A stretch of DNA of 63,410 bases, counting the filler, from Conidiobolus incongruus B7586 (taxonomy: Eukaryota), in the NCBI GenBank assembly GCA_000697335.1. It is 7 parts of 7 records of this genome, joined end to end, with 100 filler letters (N's around TTAATTAATTAA, not from the genome) between each part and the next. Parts side by side here need not be neighbours in the genome. Positions count along the whole stretch, not along the records: positions 17,510 to 27,738 come from JNEM01007274.1; positions 27,839 to 29,954 come from JNEM01007280.1; positions 30,055 to 36,691 come from JNEM01007281.1; positions 36,792 to 51,999 come from JNEM01007282.1; 3 more parts are not named here. One strand, 5' to 3'. Below, piece by piece: positions 25,764 through 38,094 of this stretch. Below the pieces are notes generated by a model, which was given only the letters and a program-made list of their open reading frames with translations, was not told where the DNA came from and made no database searches. Within the stretch, counting starts at the first letter, position 1, and the number at the start of each line of letters is the position of its first letter. A program made the position numbers and the translations under genes.

Positions 25764-26366
25764 ATGCTCTATATCAAAATAGCCAAATTTATTTTATCTA
25801 CATTAGCTTTCCATTATATAATCACTAAATATGATTTAAACATTACAGGAGTTTTTTTTGCGATATTTCTCCCCTATTTCATTGTCAACCACATAAAGCA
25901 ATATTTTTTATTTCCACAATATGAAAGACCCATTTACATGAATTTGAATTATTATTTAATGGATATTTTCTTACTTCCTATTTGCGTATATTGTATTTCG
26001 GTACCAATGCTTAATTTTTTATCAGGATCATTGTCAGCAATTGCTTGCCTTAGATTGATGGACAGCGCTATTAAAAGAGGATCAGAAGGTCATAAGTCTT
26101 TAGTGTATCGTTGCTCTGCTGGGTATTATTATCCTCTTAAAGGTCAAAAACCCACTATAAATGCTCAATGGAGAAATATGATTGAAGTTGGTATTGCTGG
26201 AGGTCAAGGAAGTACAATTATTTATGAAGAACAGAGTTCAAATGGTGCTAGAAATGGATATATATTTGACTGCTCTCCCAACCATGAATCAAATGTCCAA
26301 TTCTTTTTGAAACAATTAAAAAACTCACACTCTTCTACTAAATCGAAAAGCAAATCCAATTATTAA
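25764..26366 (+). CDS. Orphan membrane protein, DCSPN family paralogue 3
   Basis: 200 aa, intronless; hydrophobic N-half; CSAGY...W...GYIFDCSPN. Confidence 0.85.
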   Translation: MLYIKIAKFILSTLAFHYIITKYDLNITGVFFAIFLPYFIVNHIKQYFLFPQYERPIYMNLNYYLMDIFLLPICVYCISVPMLNFLSGSLSAIACLRLMDSAIKRGSEGHKSLVYRCSAGYYYPLKGQKPTINAQWRNMIEVGIAGGQGSTIIYEEQSSNGARNGYIFDCSPNHESNVQFFLKQLKNSHSSTKSKSKSNY

Positions 26367-27369
26367 TTAATAAACAACCATTCAATATTTTTTAACAGTT
26401 GGCATTGGCTTTTGTAATTATCTTAAAACTATTTTAAGAGATTGTATCGGGCAGAAATATCTATTATTATATTTACAGATATTACCAATTTTTAATCTTA
26501 ATAATAATCGATTATGAATAGCTGCCTTAGTATTCTTTTATCAAATTTTTATATTTAAATAATATAAATAAAAAAATGGAATTTTAAGTATGAAAAGGAT
26601 TATTGATAAAATTTCAGTTTAAATATTGAGTATATTTTTTATTAGTTATAGCAACTAAGTATGCATTCAAATCATTATTATTATTATTATTATTTGTAAA
26701 AATTGAAAATATTTTTAACATTTAAAGGGATATAACATTGTTTTTTGTAAAATTTATGATTTTGATTTAGGATAATAATAATAATAATATAAAGTATTGA
26801 AAATTTTTTCTCCAAATATTTGATTGAGCTTTTTAATTATAATAAAATTATTCATGTTATTTCCAAGGTTATTAAATTATAAAATATTATTGATATATTA
26901 AATTATGGTGACATATTTAAATATTTTTTTATTTGAAATTAATTTAAACAAATTACAATGAACGGAAAAGTTAAACTAATAGTCACTTAATCAATTTAAT
27001 ATATCAGTGAGTTTATTTAAGCTTTAAATATATCTGTTAATATATATTAGATAATATTAATATAAATAATCTTATATTTTATCAATTGATTATGAGAAAT
27101 AACAGTTAAGAAATAATAAAATATTTAACAAAAATTAAGAAAAAATATATTTATAATCGATATTAATTATATTTTTATATTTATATTAATGGTAAAAATC
27201 TAATTTATTTTATTATTTAAAAAATTTTGTATTTATACAATAATATGATAGTTTAAGAATTAGTCTTTTAATTTTAATACAGAAATTTAATAATGTCAAA
27301 ATTTCAAAATCAAAATTAATATAAATATTTTTATTTAATTTATAAAAATAAAAAAATAATATAAAATTA

Positions 27370-27738
27370 GTATTTTATATCATAAATAATTTTCCGTATT
27401 TTTGGCAAGCTTCTAATATTTAAAAGACAGTCCATTTTATTAAGGACTGAAATTTAATATTTTATAAACCATTTTAATTTATGTATAAGTATTATTTTTC
27501 TTATAATGATATTTTATATTTATCTAAATAATTATAAATATATGTGTAAGAATATAATAAATATATTAAATATGGTATTTTTTTTAATTTTTTTATTTAG
27601 TAATTTTTTATAATTTTAGTATTATAAATTTTAATAATTATAATTCAAAATGATAAATATTTTTAAAATATAATAAAAATATTAATTAGAAGTTATTTTA
27701 TATAATAAAATAATATATAACTTGGTGTTTGTTGATTT
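27370..27738 (-). mobile_element. Degenerate mariner transposase, 3' part (truncated by gap)
   Basis: Reverse complement matches 59340-59420 and 59710-59800; relic IRSLPKIRKII (~GIxxLPxRW). Boundaries approximate. Confidence 0.6.
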
Positions 27739-27838
27739 NNNNNNNNNNNNNNNNNNNNNNNNNNNNNNNNNNNNNNNNNNNNTTAATTAATTAANNNNNN
27801 NNNNNNNNNNNNNNNNNNNNNNNNNNNNNNNNNNNNNN
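27739..27838. other. Assembly gap linker
   Basis: 44N + TTAATTAATTAA + 44N. Confidence 0.98.
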
Positions 27839-29163
27839 TTATAACCATATCTTTTTTCTCTCTTTGTTATTATTTTATATTATATTTTACAGATATACTA
27901 AATTTTTTTTATTAGTATTATTATACCTAAATCCCTCTCTAAAAAAATTTACTTATGTATTAATTAACTTTATAAAAAAGGTAAATCAACTTATAATATT
28001 GCTAGAATTATTAATGTTAGTTAGTTTACTATAGTTAAAGTTGTTAAGAATAACAATAAAAAAACATTTAAACTTAAACTTAAGTGTGCTAGGATTATAA
28101 ATGAACATGATGAGAAGTATATCTATAGGTTAGTTAATACAAGCAAATATAGTACTACTGTAGAAATACAGCAAGAATTATAAAACTATACAAGAATATT
28201 AGTTAGCATTAATATTATTATACATACTTTATGTTAGCATAGATACTACTTACACTTTAAAAAAAACACCCCCAACTAAAAAAATCTAATTATAAAGTTA
28301 GGTGGGAATTTAAATATCACCACTAATATTAAACTAAAATTGATTAGAGTAAGGTTATTTAGTTTAATGAAACAAAAATATACTTTAGTAAATTTAATAA
28401 AAAAGCTAGATATTTTAAAAAAAATACAAAACTATTTTGTGACCATTATGTTAATTTTATCTAAAAGTATAATAGTAGGTTAATTATTATTTGGGGATGT
28501 ATGTTATCTTTAGGTGTAAGGTATCTTTATAAAGTTAATAAAGGAATTAATACTGAGATGTACTAAAGTATTTTAAATAATAAATTGAAAAAAACCATTG
28601 AATAATATAGGTTAAATAAATCTAATATTATTTTCTAATAAGGTAATGCCTCTTGTTATACTATAGCTTTTACTACCAGATAACTTAAAAATAACAAAAT
28701 AATAATTATAAAGTAGCTTCTTCAATCTCCTAACTTTAATCTAATTAAACACCTTTAAAATCAATGAAAAAAGCTATTAAAGTTTTCCCCCTAGTTAAAA
28801 ATTTAAATCAACTTTAGGAATATGTTTAAGAAATATAAAACAAGATTAACTTTTCTTAGTATAAGAAGTTAATTGATTCTATACCACATAAACTTAAAGA
28901 AGTTAGAAAAGCTAAAGGTAAATACACTAGGTTTTAATTTTTTTTATCACCAAAAACCTACAAATTTATAACTCACCCTAGGTAAAATTTAAAGGTTTAT
29001 ATTTTAGTTAATTAATAGCTAAATATCATCATTTAATAATATATATAATTAATAAATATAATAGATTTTAATAATTTAATTTAGATTTATTTCATTAAAT
29101 ATTAATCAAGTTATTAGTAAAAATATAAGTGTTTTTGATTTTATAACTCACTTTTGTAGGTTA

Positions 29164-29166
<3 letters not shown>
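27839..29166 (+). mobile_element. Tc1-like DNA transposon (left end lost in gap), long right TIR
   Basis: Contains a transposase relic. The right end ~28945-29166 is the reverse complement of the left end at 62865-63090; it ends ...GGTTAGTG followed by TA. Confidence 0.9.
27923..28937 (+). pseudogene. Tc1 DD34E transposase pseudogene
   Basis: Relic motifs VI*FNETK (WSDETK), IIIWGCM, IF**GNASCY (FQQDNAxCH) and *LLQSPNFNLIKHL* (WPPQSPDLNPIEHLW). There are 102 nt (34 codons) between the second D and the E positions. Confidence 0.92.

Positions 29167-29194
<28 letters not shown>
29167..29194. repeat. (TA)n at Tc1 insertion site
   Basis: TA run directly after the TIR, consistent with a TA target site. 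Confidence 0.9.
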
Positions 29195-29197
<3 letters not shown>

Positions 29198-29954
29198 CTT
29201 TAATTAATTTTAATAATATATTTGAAAATTTAGAAATTGAAAAATATCCTATTATTTTAAATATAAGATAGTAATTATAACTTCAATATTAACTTAAAAT
29301 AGAATATTAAAAGCTTTATCATAGTAACTATATATTATTAACTAATATATAAACATTATATTAAAATAGCATTTCTTTATAAATATTATTATTTTAAACT
29401 TATAAGAATTATTGATTTAAAAAAATAAAGTTTATATTTATTAAAGATATTTATTTTATCAAAAATATAAATTAATATATTTATTATAATTCAATATTTA
29501 AAAAATACTTATATTTTTCCATTTAATAATTAAGCCAATTACTACCTAAACTAAAATTGCTTTGTTAGTTTATAATTAAATAATATTCTCTATTAAATTA
29601 ATTATATTTTAATTTATTTTATAATATTTATTAAAAGTTCATATTTAATTAAAAATTACAAAAATAATGCAAAGAAATAATATTTATAATTCCTTAAATT
29701 TAAATAATTTATATAAAGCAAAATTAAAAATTGAACTATATTAATAATATTTATCTAGTAGTTATTTATATTTTTAAACGATATTAATAAATATAAATTA
29801 TAATAGAATTTAAAGAAATTAATATAATTCATTAATAAAAGTTAATATAGATTATTTTAAATCAGGTTTTTTAAAAATAATTAAATTTTTATATATATTA
29901 TAGTTAAATATATTTATTAATTTCGTAAAAAAAAATTGAAAATTAAAAAATTTC

Positions 29955-30054
29955 NNNNNNNNNNNNNNNNNNNNNNNNNNNNNNNNNNNNNNNNNNNNTT
30001 AATTAATTAANNNNNNNNNNNNNNNNNNNNNNNNNNNNNNNNNNNNNNNNNNNN
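29955..30054. other. Assembly gap linker
   Basis: 44N + TTAATTAATTAA + 44N. Confidence 0.98.
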
Positions 30055-30870
30055 AATTAAAGAAATTATAATAAATAGAGAAATATATATCTGTTATATT
30101 TTAAATTTAAAAATATATAAGATAAATTATATATAAAAATTCCAAATATAAAAATAATATAATATTTTATATAATTATCATATTACTATAAGGTAATATA
30201 TATTAAAAAAATAATATAATAATTATATAAATAAATAAAATAATACAAATATATTAATTAATAAAATTAAATTCTAAAAAAAATTATTATTCTTTTTATT
30301 TTAATTTAATTTATTTGGCTTTGAAATAACTTATATCATATTTTACGATTGAATTATATTCTTTGATAAATTAATAATTAAATTAAATATCTTAATATAT
30401 TAATAGTTACCTAAATTAATAATAAATATATTGGTTTTAATTTAAATAAAAAACTCAAGCTTAGTATTTTTAATTTTTGTTCTTTAATCTTTTTGATTTT
30501 ATATATTATAGAATTTATTAGTTTTTTCTATTAAAGACAAATAATTTTATTTGAATCAAAATATATTTAAAGGAGAATATAAATTTATTTAATCTATGTG
30601 AAAAATATTGAATTAAATTAAAATTAAAAAAATTTAAAGAAATTACTTTAAATCAACTATTTTGTTAGTTTTAAATTATTCAATTGAAAAAAAATATTAT
30701 TATGAACAATAATAAATTATTAAACAAAAATATCTCATCTATCTAATATATATAAAATAATAAATTTTTAGTTAATTATATAAAATATTTTGACTTATCT
30801 TAATATCAAAATTTTTATTAATTTTTTAAGAATATTTTAAATATAAAAAAATTTACATCTTTAAATTAAA

Positions 30871-31267
30871 TATAAGTATAATGGTAGTTAACCAATATAG
30901 TATAGAAGAAGACTAATATAAAAGTAATGTGGTATAAAATATGGTAATATAATGTGGTTATAGTGTGCAAGTGTAAACAAAGTTTAATTAAGCTTCAAAC
31001 TGGGGTGAGTCATTAATATATTAAGATTTATATTAGGTAGTGCTAATATATTATAATATTAATAAGAAATAGTCTCAATTTTAGAAGTAATATAAAAGTA
31101 AAAAATAATAAGAATTGAGAAAGAAAAGAAAAACTTAGTTTATTAAATGATTCAATACTATTTATATAATTAATATAACTATATAAGTATAAATTAATTA
31201 TATAATTTATAGTTAATTAAATTATATGAAAGTATATATAAGAATTTAAATAACCAGTTTCTTCACA
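30871..31267 (-). repeat. 3' LTR of copy A
   Basis: 397 bp; starts TGTGAAG on the minus strand immediately after the PPT. Confidence 0.93.
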
Positions 31268-34200
31268 CTCCCTTAGTAAGTTTCTTAGAAGAGACACATT
31301 CCTTAGATTTTTACAAATAGGTATAATAGGTTAAAATATTCTTAATATTCTCTAAAGGTTTTTATATAGCTTTTTTAATAGGATAATCTATTTATTTTAT
31401 ATAAAAATAAAACTTGTTCCTAATAGATTTAGATTTAATTATGTAATTAATATAGTATTTTTTTTCTCTATCTTAATTAATAATTAAATCTAGTTTTAAA
31501 GTATTTAATTAATTAAGAAAAGTATTAAAATCTTCAAAATATGGTTTAATGTTGGATATATGAAAGGTAAAGTTGATCCTTAAAGTTAAAGATAATTCCA
31601 AGGTAATATTTTCAAAATTTGAATCAATAAATTAAATCTTATAAGGATTATAGTATAATGGTAAATATTTTAGATTTAAGCTAGATTTAAGTAGGGTAGG
31701 TTTAAGGGCAAGTTGTTCTAAGTATATAAACATGCTAATTTTATATTTAAGAGGATTTCTAGATAACTTTAAGTATTGTTATTCTATAATCCTTTAATTT
31801 TCTTTTAAGTTAAATTTAACAAGGGAATTAATATACTTGATATTAGATTAAAATTTAACAATATCTAAAGGTAAGTTGATTTAGAGTTTTAGAACAATTA
31901 TTTAATTAGAGTGTTTGTTATAATTAATAAAATAAAAGTTAAAACCAGTTGATTTGTTAATAGAGGTATTGAATAAATATTAAAATTAATAGATATAAGT
32001 ACTTTAATTTAACTGATTAGATGTTAATATAAGCTCTAATCATTTGCTTTAAGGTTTTAATAGTCTTTTCAACAAGTTTATTGGTTTAGTGATAATTAGT
32101 AATAAACATAGTTAGATTAATCTTGAGGGAAGAGGAAGTAACTTCTAAAATTAAAAGTTGAATTATATATCTCTAATAAATATAATAATTTGTAGAATTT
32201 TATAGTAGGTAAAGATATTAGAGAATAATAATTATACAATATATTTAGCTATAGAAGTTTTGAAATAAAGAATAAAATAAGCATATTTAGAAAATAAATC
32301 AATTACAATTAGTAAGTTATTATAACCATTTGTTAATTTAAAGATTTCTATAAAATCAAGCTGGATTTGTTATTAAGTTTTATTAGGGACTTGTAGAAGA
32401 ATAAGTTTACCATATTTTAGTTAAATATTATATTGATTTCTTTAGCATATATTATAGGTATTAGTGTATTTCTAAATTAATTTAACTAGGGAAAGCTAGT
32501 AATACTTTATTTTAATTCTCTCAACAATCTTTAACTAGTTTTGATGTCTTCTAATAAGTAAGTTATAACATTCAGTAAATATTGTTTGTTAAATCTTAAG
32601 AATATTAGAAATATATAAATAATTATTATAATATAATAGGTTATTAATAATTTTAAATTTTTTGACATATTTTAATTAGTTTTCTAATAGTTTAAAGAGT
32701 GTTTCTTTAACTAAAATAAAGAAATTATTATTTGGTAGTATTTTTTAAAGTAGTTTAATTAATTCTTTATTTTCTTCATGAATAATTATTAAGTTAATAT
32801 TTGCTAGGTTTTTATAATTAGAATAAAAAGATAGGTATATAAGATTTTTTAACAAGGTATCTATAATATGATTTTATTAACCTAAGAGATATTAAAGAAA
32901 GAAAAGGTAAGCTTAGATAGTTTTAATCTATTTAACTTATTTTTTTAATAAATGCTTCTAAGTATTTAAGTAGATAAGTAGTTTATAATCTGTAAGTATT
33001 AGGAAAAGATTATAAAACAAGAAATATGAGTGATTTTTGATTATTTTTACTAAAGCAAAAAGTTTTTATTTATAGACTAGATATTTCAATTCAGCTGGTT
33101 TTATTTTTATTAACCAGAATATTATTAATTTTAAGGTAATATTTATAAGGTTAAATTTAACTTATTCTCCTCTATTTATTATTTTATCCTATAGTTAAAA
33201 GGTAAAATATAAAATAAATTCAAACTAGGTTAATTATCTACCAATTACAAAAAAACTAGAGTTAGTAAAAATAATAATAGGTAGTTTTAGATTAAAGATA
33301 GATAAAGCAAAAGCATTAGTAATATAGAAAATTAAAACATTTATACAAAAAGTATATAGTAGGGTTTATTCAAAAAGAGAGTTTTTCCTTAAGAGATTAA
33401 TAAAAAAGATAATAAGTTTAATAAAAAAAATCAATGAAAGCTTTAAAGTAATTTAATAATCTAAATATAAACATAAGTTGATTTTTGTTTATAGATATAG
33501 TAAAAACTTTAACACTATTGAGTTTAGTTAGATTAATATTAATTTCTTAAGAGGAAACAATATAACTATAGAAGGGGATAAAAGAGACACTAATAATATA
33601 TTTTGATAGTTTTAAAGGTAATTTATATTTTTGAATAATTTATAAAATTTAATTAACATGTTAAATATATTCTTCTTTAGTTTTTAATTAAATTAAAATA
33701 TTATCAAAGTAAATAATAACAAAGTTATTAAAAACAAGGTTGAAAAGGGAATTGATAAATTAAGTAAAAATTACAAAAACATTACACAATTTAAAGTTTA
33801 TAACTGTAAATTTATAGTGGTTTAAAAGAGTGTTGAAAATAATTAAAAGGATAGAATTTTCTTTAACTCTAATATTATTATATCTATTCTTAACATTTAG
33901 TTTAGTGAATATAATTGATTTAAATAGTTTATCCCTAATATTATATAGGTTTAATAATAAAGTTTTATCCTTAATAGTTTTAGAGTTTAAAATACAATTA
34001 TTAATATATAGTCTTTAACCATCATTAGCTTTTTTTAAAAAAAATTAGAGATTTTTATAATAAGGAAAAAAGTCTAATATATTCATTTTTAAGTAGTTTT
34101 TGGATTTCTTCTTTTAAAGTTTAATATTGTTTAAAAGATAAATAGTAAGTAAACTTTAAATATAGTTATATCCCAGGAAATAATTTAATTTTATGTTTAA

Positions 34201-36177
34201 TATTATATTTAGGAGGTAATTTAACTATAGGTTTAAAGACATTAGTAAATTAACTTACTATATTATATAAGAAATGTTTAATAGATATAACTTTATTAAA
34301 GTTAACAAATGAAATGTTAATAGATAAATATTAAACAAATATATATTTTTATAAATTATTAAAGTTTTAATTAATCTTTTATATTGATTTTTATTTATAA
34401 TAATAGAATTATTTGCTATAAGTATAAAGTTAGTGTTAGGTATAATATTTAATAGTTTAATAATAGGGTAATATAGATTTTTTAAGATTAATTCTACTAA
34501 TTTCTTTTGGAATTTAAAACAAATAAACTTGTAACCTTCTAGGGTAATATTTATAAATATAAAACTATAATATTTAAACTAATTTTAACCCTGTATAAAA
34601 TTATAACTAATATTACCAACTATAAATTTAATATATTAAGAGTAGTTAAGAAATAATAATAGGTATTTAAATATAATACTAGATGTTTGTTCCATTAAAT
34701 TATTAGTATATTTAATTATCAAGTTATTTTTTTAAGTAGGTAAAGATAACTTTACAATAATAAAAGAAGAGATAATATAATTAAAACAACTAGAATTAAT
34801 TAAAACACTAACAAGTTTATTTATAAAAGAACTAATTAACATAAATAATAAAGTGATAGTTAAAGGTAAAAAATTACAAGACAAATTAGTTACTAGAATA
34901 TTTCTAGTTTCTAATAGTTTAATCAATTAGATTTCTCTAGTATATATAATTTAATTTATAGAATCATTAGTCTATTAAAACTTTTGTGGATTAAATTAGA
35001 ATCTGCTAACTAATTGTAAAAGGGGTAATTTTAAAATTATATTTATATTATTTAGGTTTGATTTATGGTTGATAGGTTAAAATTATTAAGAATTAAATAA
35101 ATATTATTTCTTTAAAAGGTATTTGTTAACTTTATAGTTAACTTAAGTTTTTTAACAGTAACAATAACTTTTATTTACTCTCAAGTAAGTTTTAACTTTG
35201 TTACTAAAGGTTTTTTTATAAAGCTTTAAAATAAAAACATCTATCATTTGAAATTTAAGTAAACTAGAGTAAGTTTTAAAAGATTAATTCTTAAGGTAAT
35301 AAATTTTAATTATAAAGTAAAAGATAATATCAATTATAATTACTATATCATAAATGTTAGAAAAAGACATATTATTAAAGTATTCTTTACTAACTAACTA
35401 ATATTTCACTTAAAGATTAAAACATTATAATAATTTGTGGATTTGTTTTTCTTTAGTTATATTTAATATATTTAAACATATCTCATTAAATTTCTCAATT
35501 AATTATATTGTAAAAGTTTTTTATTTAAGCTAAAAAAGCTTTTCTCTTGTTAATTAAATTTAATCTTTTAAGTAATACTTCTCTTTAAGAGTTTTTTCTA
35601 ATTGTTTAGAAGTTTATATTTTTATAGTAGGTTATCCTCTTTAAGATTTTTTAGGATTAAGCTTATAATAAGTTAACTATTAAATATAAGTAGATTTTTC
35701 TAAAAAAGAAGTAGCTAATTTAAGGATATTTTTTAAATATATATTAAAGATTAAATCAAGTAATTTTTATATTTTTAAGGTAGTTTTTAAGTTTGTAGAG
35801 GTTTTTAAAACTATCATAAATAGTTAATTTGTATTTATAAATATTAAAGAGGTAGTTTAATATATTAATTATAGTGAAATAACTAGTTTGTTAGATTTAA
35901 ACTCTTTAAAATATTTTTTTAATTAAAAGTTGTCTAATATAGGTTTTTTAGAGGGTAATAAGTTTTTAAAAGCTAAAGTCTTAAATTCACTTAATAATTA
36001 AGCTGTTATTATTATTAAAATAATATGAGGGTATTTTAATTTTTAGTAGTATTATAGTATATAGTGTTAAATTTAAATAAAATAGATTATAGATAAAATT
36101 TAAAATAATAATAAATAGATTTAATACAGATAGTTATTAATTTCTAATAGGTTTTTAATAGTTTTATTGCTATTCTA

Positions 36178-36575
36178 TATAAGTATAATGGTAGTTAAAC
36201 TAATATAGTATAGAGGAAAACTAATATAAAAATAATATGGTATAGAATATGGTAATATAATATAGCTATAGTGTGCAAATATAAACAAAGTTTAATTAAG
36301 CTTTAAACTAAAATAAGTCACCAATATATTAAGATTTATATTAGGTAGTGTTGATATATTATAATATTAACAGGAAGTAATTTCAATCTTAGAAATAGTG
36401 TAAAAATAAAAAATAGTCAGAATTAAAAGGGAAAAGACAAGCCTAGTTTATTAAATAATTCAATGCTATTTATACAATTAATTTAACTATATAAGTATAA
36501 ATTAATCATATAATTTATAGTTAATTGGATTATGTGAAAATATATATAAGAATTTAAAAAACTAGTCTCTTAATA
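36178..36575 (-). repeat. 5' LTR of copy A
   Basis: 398-bp direct repeat of 30871-31267, followed by a degenerate PBS. Confidence 0.93.
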
Positions 36576-36691
36576 TTAAATATAGTTGTTCTTTATATTT
36601 TTAAGCTAGAATAATATAATAGTTATAAAATAATCTAATTTTTTAATAAGCTAACTTATATATTAAATATATTATAATATATCTTTATATT

Positions 36692-36791
36692 NNNNNNNNN
36701 NNNNNNNNNNNNNNNNNNNNNNNNNNNNNNNNNNNTTAATTAATTAANNNNNNNNNNNNNNNNNNNNNNNNNNNNNNNNNNNNNNNNNNNN
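36692..36791. other. Assembly gap linker
   Basis: 44N + TTAATTAATTAA + 44N. Confidence 0.98.
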
Positions 36792-37895
36792 GAGTCTCTC
36801 AAATGGTTCAGAAAAGCAGCTCTCCAAGGTCATGCAAGAGCTCAGAACAATGTGGGTTCCTGCTACTATTTTGGACTTGGTGCAAATCAGGATCGATCTG
36901 AAGCTGCAGGTTGGTTCAAGCGTGCCGCCGCTCAGGGCAATGCAGCTGCTCAGCACAATCTTGGTGAATGCTATGCTAATGGAAGAGGTGTTGAAAAGGA
37001 TTACAAAGAAGCTTTCAAATGGTTCTTGAAGGCTGCTGAGCAAGGCCACGCAGCAGCCCAAAGATCAGTTGGTATTTCATACTTTATGGGCCATGGTATC
37101 ACTCAAGATCGTGAAGAAGCTGTAAAGTGGTTCCAATTGGCAGCTGAACAGGGCAATGGAAGAGCTCAGTGCGCATTAGCCCAATGCTATATTAAAGGAC
37201 ATGGTGTAGCACCAAATCCCCAACTCGGATTTATGTGGAGTGAAAAAGCTGCTGAAAGTGGTCAAACCGAAGGTCAATACATGTTGGCCACTTGCTACTA
37301 CCATGGATTGGGTGTTGTCCAGGACTATACACAAGCTTACCGCTGGTTCTACCAAGCTGCTCAAGATGAACACGCCCTAGCCAAATTCTCTTTGGCAGGT
37401 TGCCATCGAGACGGTCTTGGTGTCCAAAAAGATCCCACTACAGCCTTTAAGATCTATTTAGAATTGGCTGAAGCTAACTATCCTGATGCCATGAACAATG
37501 TCGGTACATGTTACTCTGGAGGCCGAGGCGTTACTGCAGATCCTAAGAAAGCATTCTACTGGTTCCAACGCGCTGCCCAATCCCAAAACCCCTCAGCAAT
37601 GACCAACCTTGCACAGTGCTACCAAATGGGACGTGGTGTTGCTCAAGATCCCGTAGTCGCTGTGGAATGGTACGAAAAGGCTGCCAACTTAGGCTCACCC
37701 GTCGCGCAGTTTAATCTCGCAGCATGTCATGAGAAGGGCGAAGATATCGCCAATCCTGATCCCGATCAAGTCATGACACTCTACAAAGCAGCTGCAGCCG
37801 CTGGCTTCGAACCCGCGATCAAACGCCTAGAACAGTTACTTAAAAACGCGGCCAAGCAGGGCAAGATGGATAAGGATTCGTGTAGGATTATGTAA
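36792..37895 (+). CDS. SEL1-like repeat protein with C-terminal CaaX (Chs4/Skt5-like architecture), 5'-partial
   Basis: Frame is open from the gap edge (ESLKWFRKAALQGHARAQNNVG...). About 9 tandem 36-aa SEL1 repeats (AQxxLGxCYxxGxGVxxDxxxAxxWxxxAA); ends CRIM*. Confidence 0.9.
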   Translation, partial: ESLKWFRKAALQGHARAQNNVGSCYYFGLGANQDRSEAAGWFKRAAAQGNAAAQHNLGECYANGRGVEKDYKEAFKWFLKAAEQGHAAAQRSVGISYFMGHGITQDREEAVKWFQLAAEQGNGRAQCALAQCYIKGHGVAPNPQLGFMWSEKAAESGQTEGQYMLATCYYHGLGVVQDYTQAYRWFYQAAQDEHALAKFSLAGCHRDGLGVQKDPTTAFKIYLELAEANYPDAMNNVGTCYSGGRGVTADPKKAFYWFQRAAQSQNPSAMTNLAQCYQMGRGVAQDPVVAVEWYEKAANLGSPVAQFNLAACHEKGEDIANPDPDQVMTLYKAAAAAGFEPAIKRLEQLLKNAAKQGKMDKDSCRIM

Positions 37896-38094
37896 ACTGT
37901 CACATTTAATTTATCATCAGAAACATGTTTCCAATTATTATTTATTTTTCCAAGGTTTTCTCCCAATATTTTTTTAATATCAATAAAATTGATTATCATT
38001 TTTGATTTATCACAAACCCTTAATTTGAATTTCACTATAATGAATTTAAAATATGTTGGCATCAGTCATATTCCCTATTAATTAATTTTAAAAA

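Larger units (their letters stand above)
30871..36575 (-). mobile_element. Full-length degenerate Ty3/Gypsy chromovirus, copy A
   Basis: LTRs 30871-31267 and 36178-36575; TSD TTAAA/TTAAA; PPT (AAGGGAG) next to the 3' LTR. Minus-strand relics in order: protease VLINSS (LIDSG), RT HYKFTVINFKLCN...YFDNILI, integrase QIQLDFIE...LLIVIDLFSKYAYFI, chromodomain IK*IDYP...*KPLENI. Confidence 0.96.

Noticed and set aside
27428..27449. CAGTCC-N10-GGACTG hairpin as a Helitron 3' end
   Set aside because: Homology continues on both sides, and the region translates as the mariner transposase C-terminus.
34732..34926. 64-aa ORF as an independent gene
   Set aside because: In-frame remnant of the Gypsy protease (VLINSS ~ LIDSG) inside copy A.
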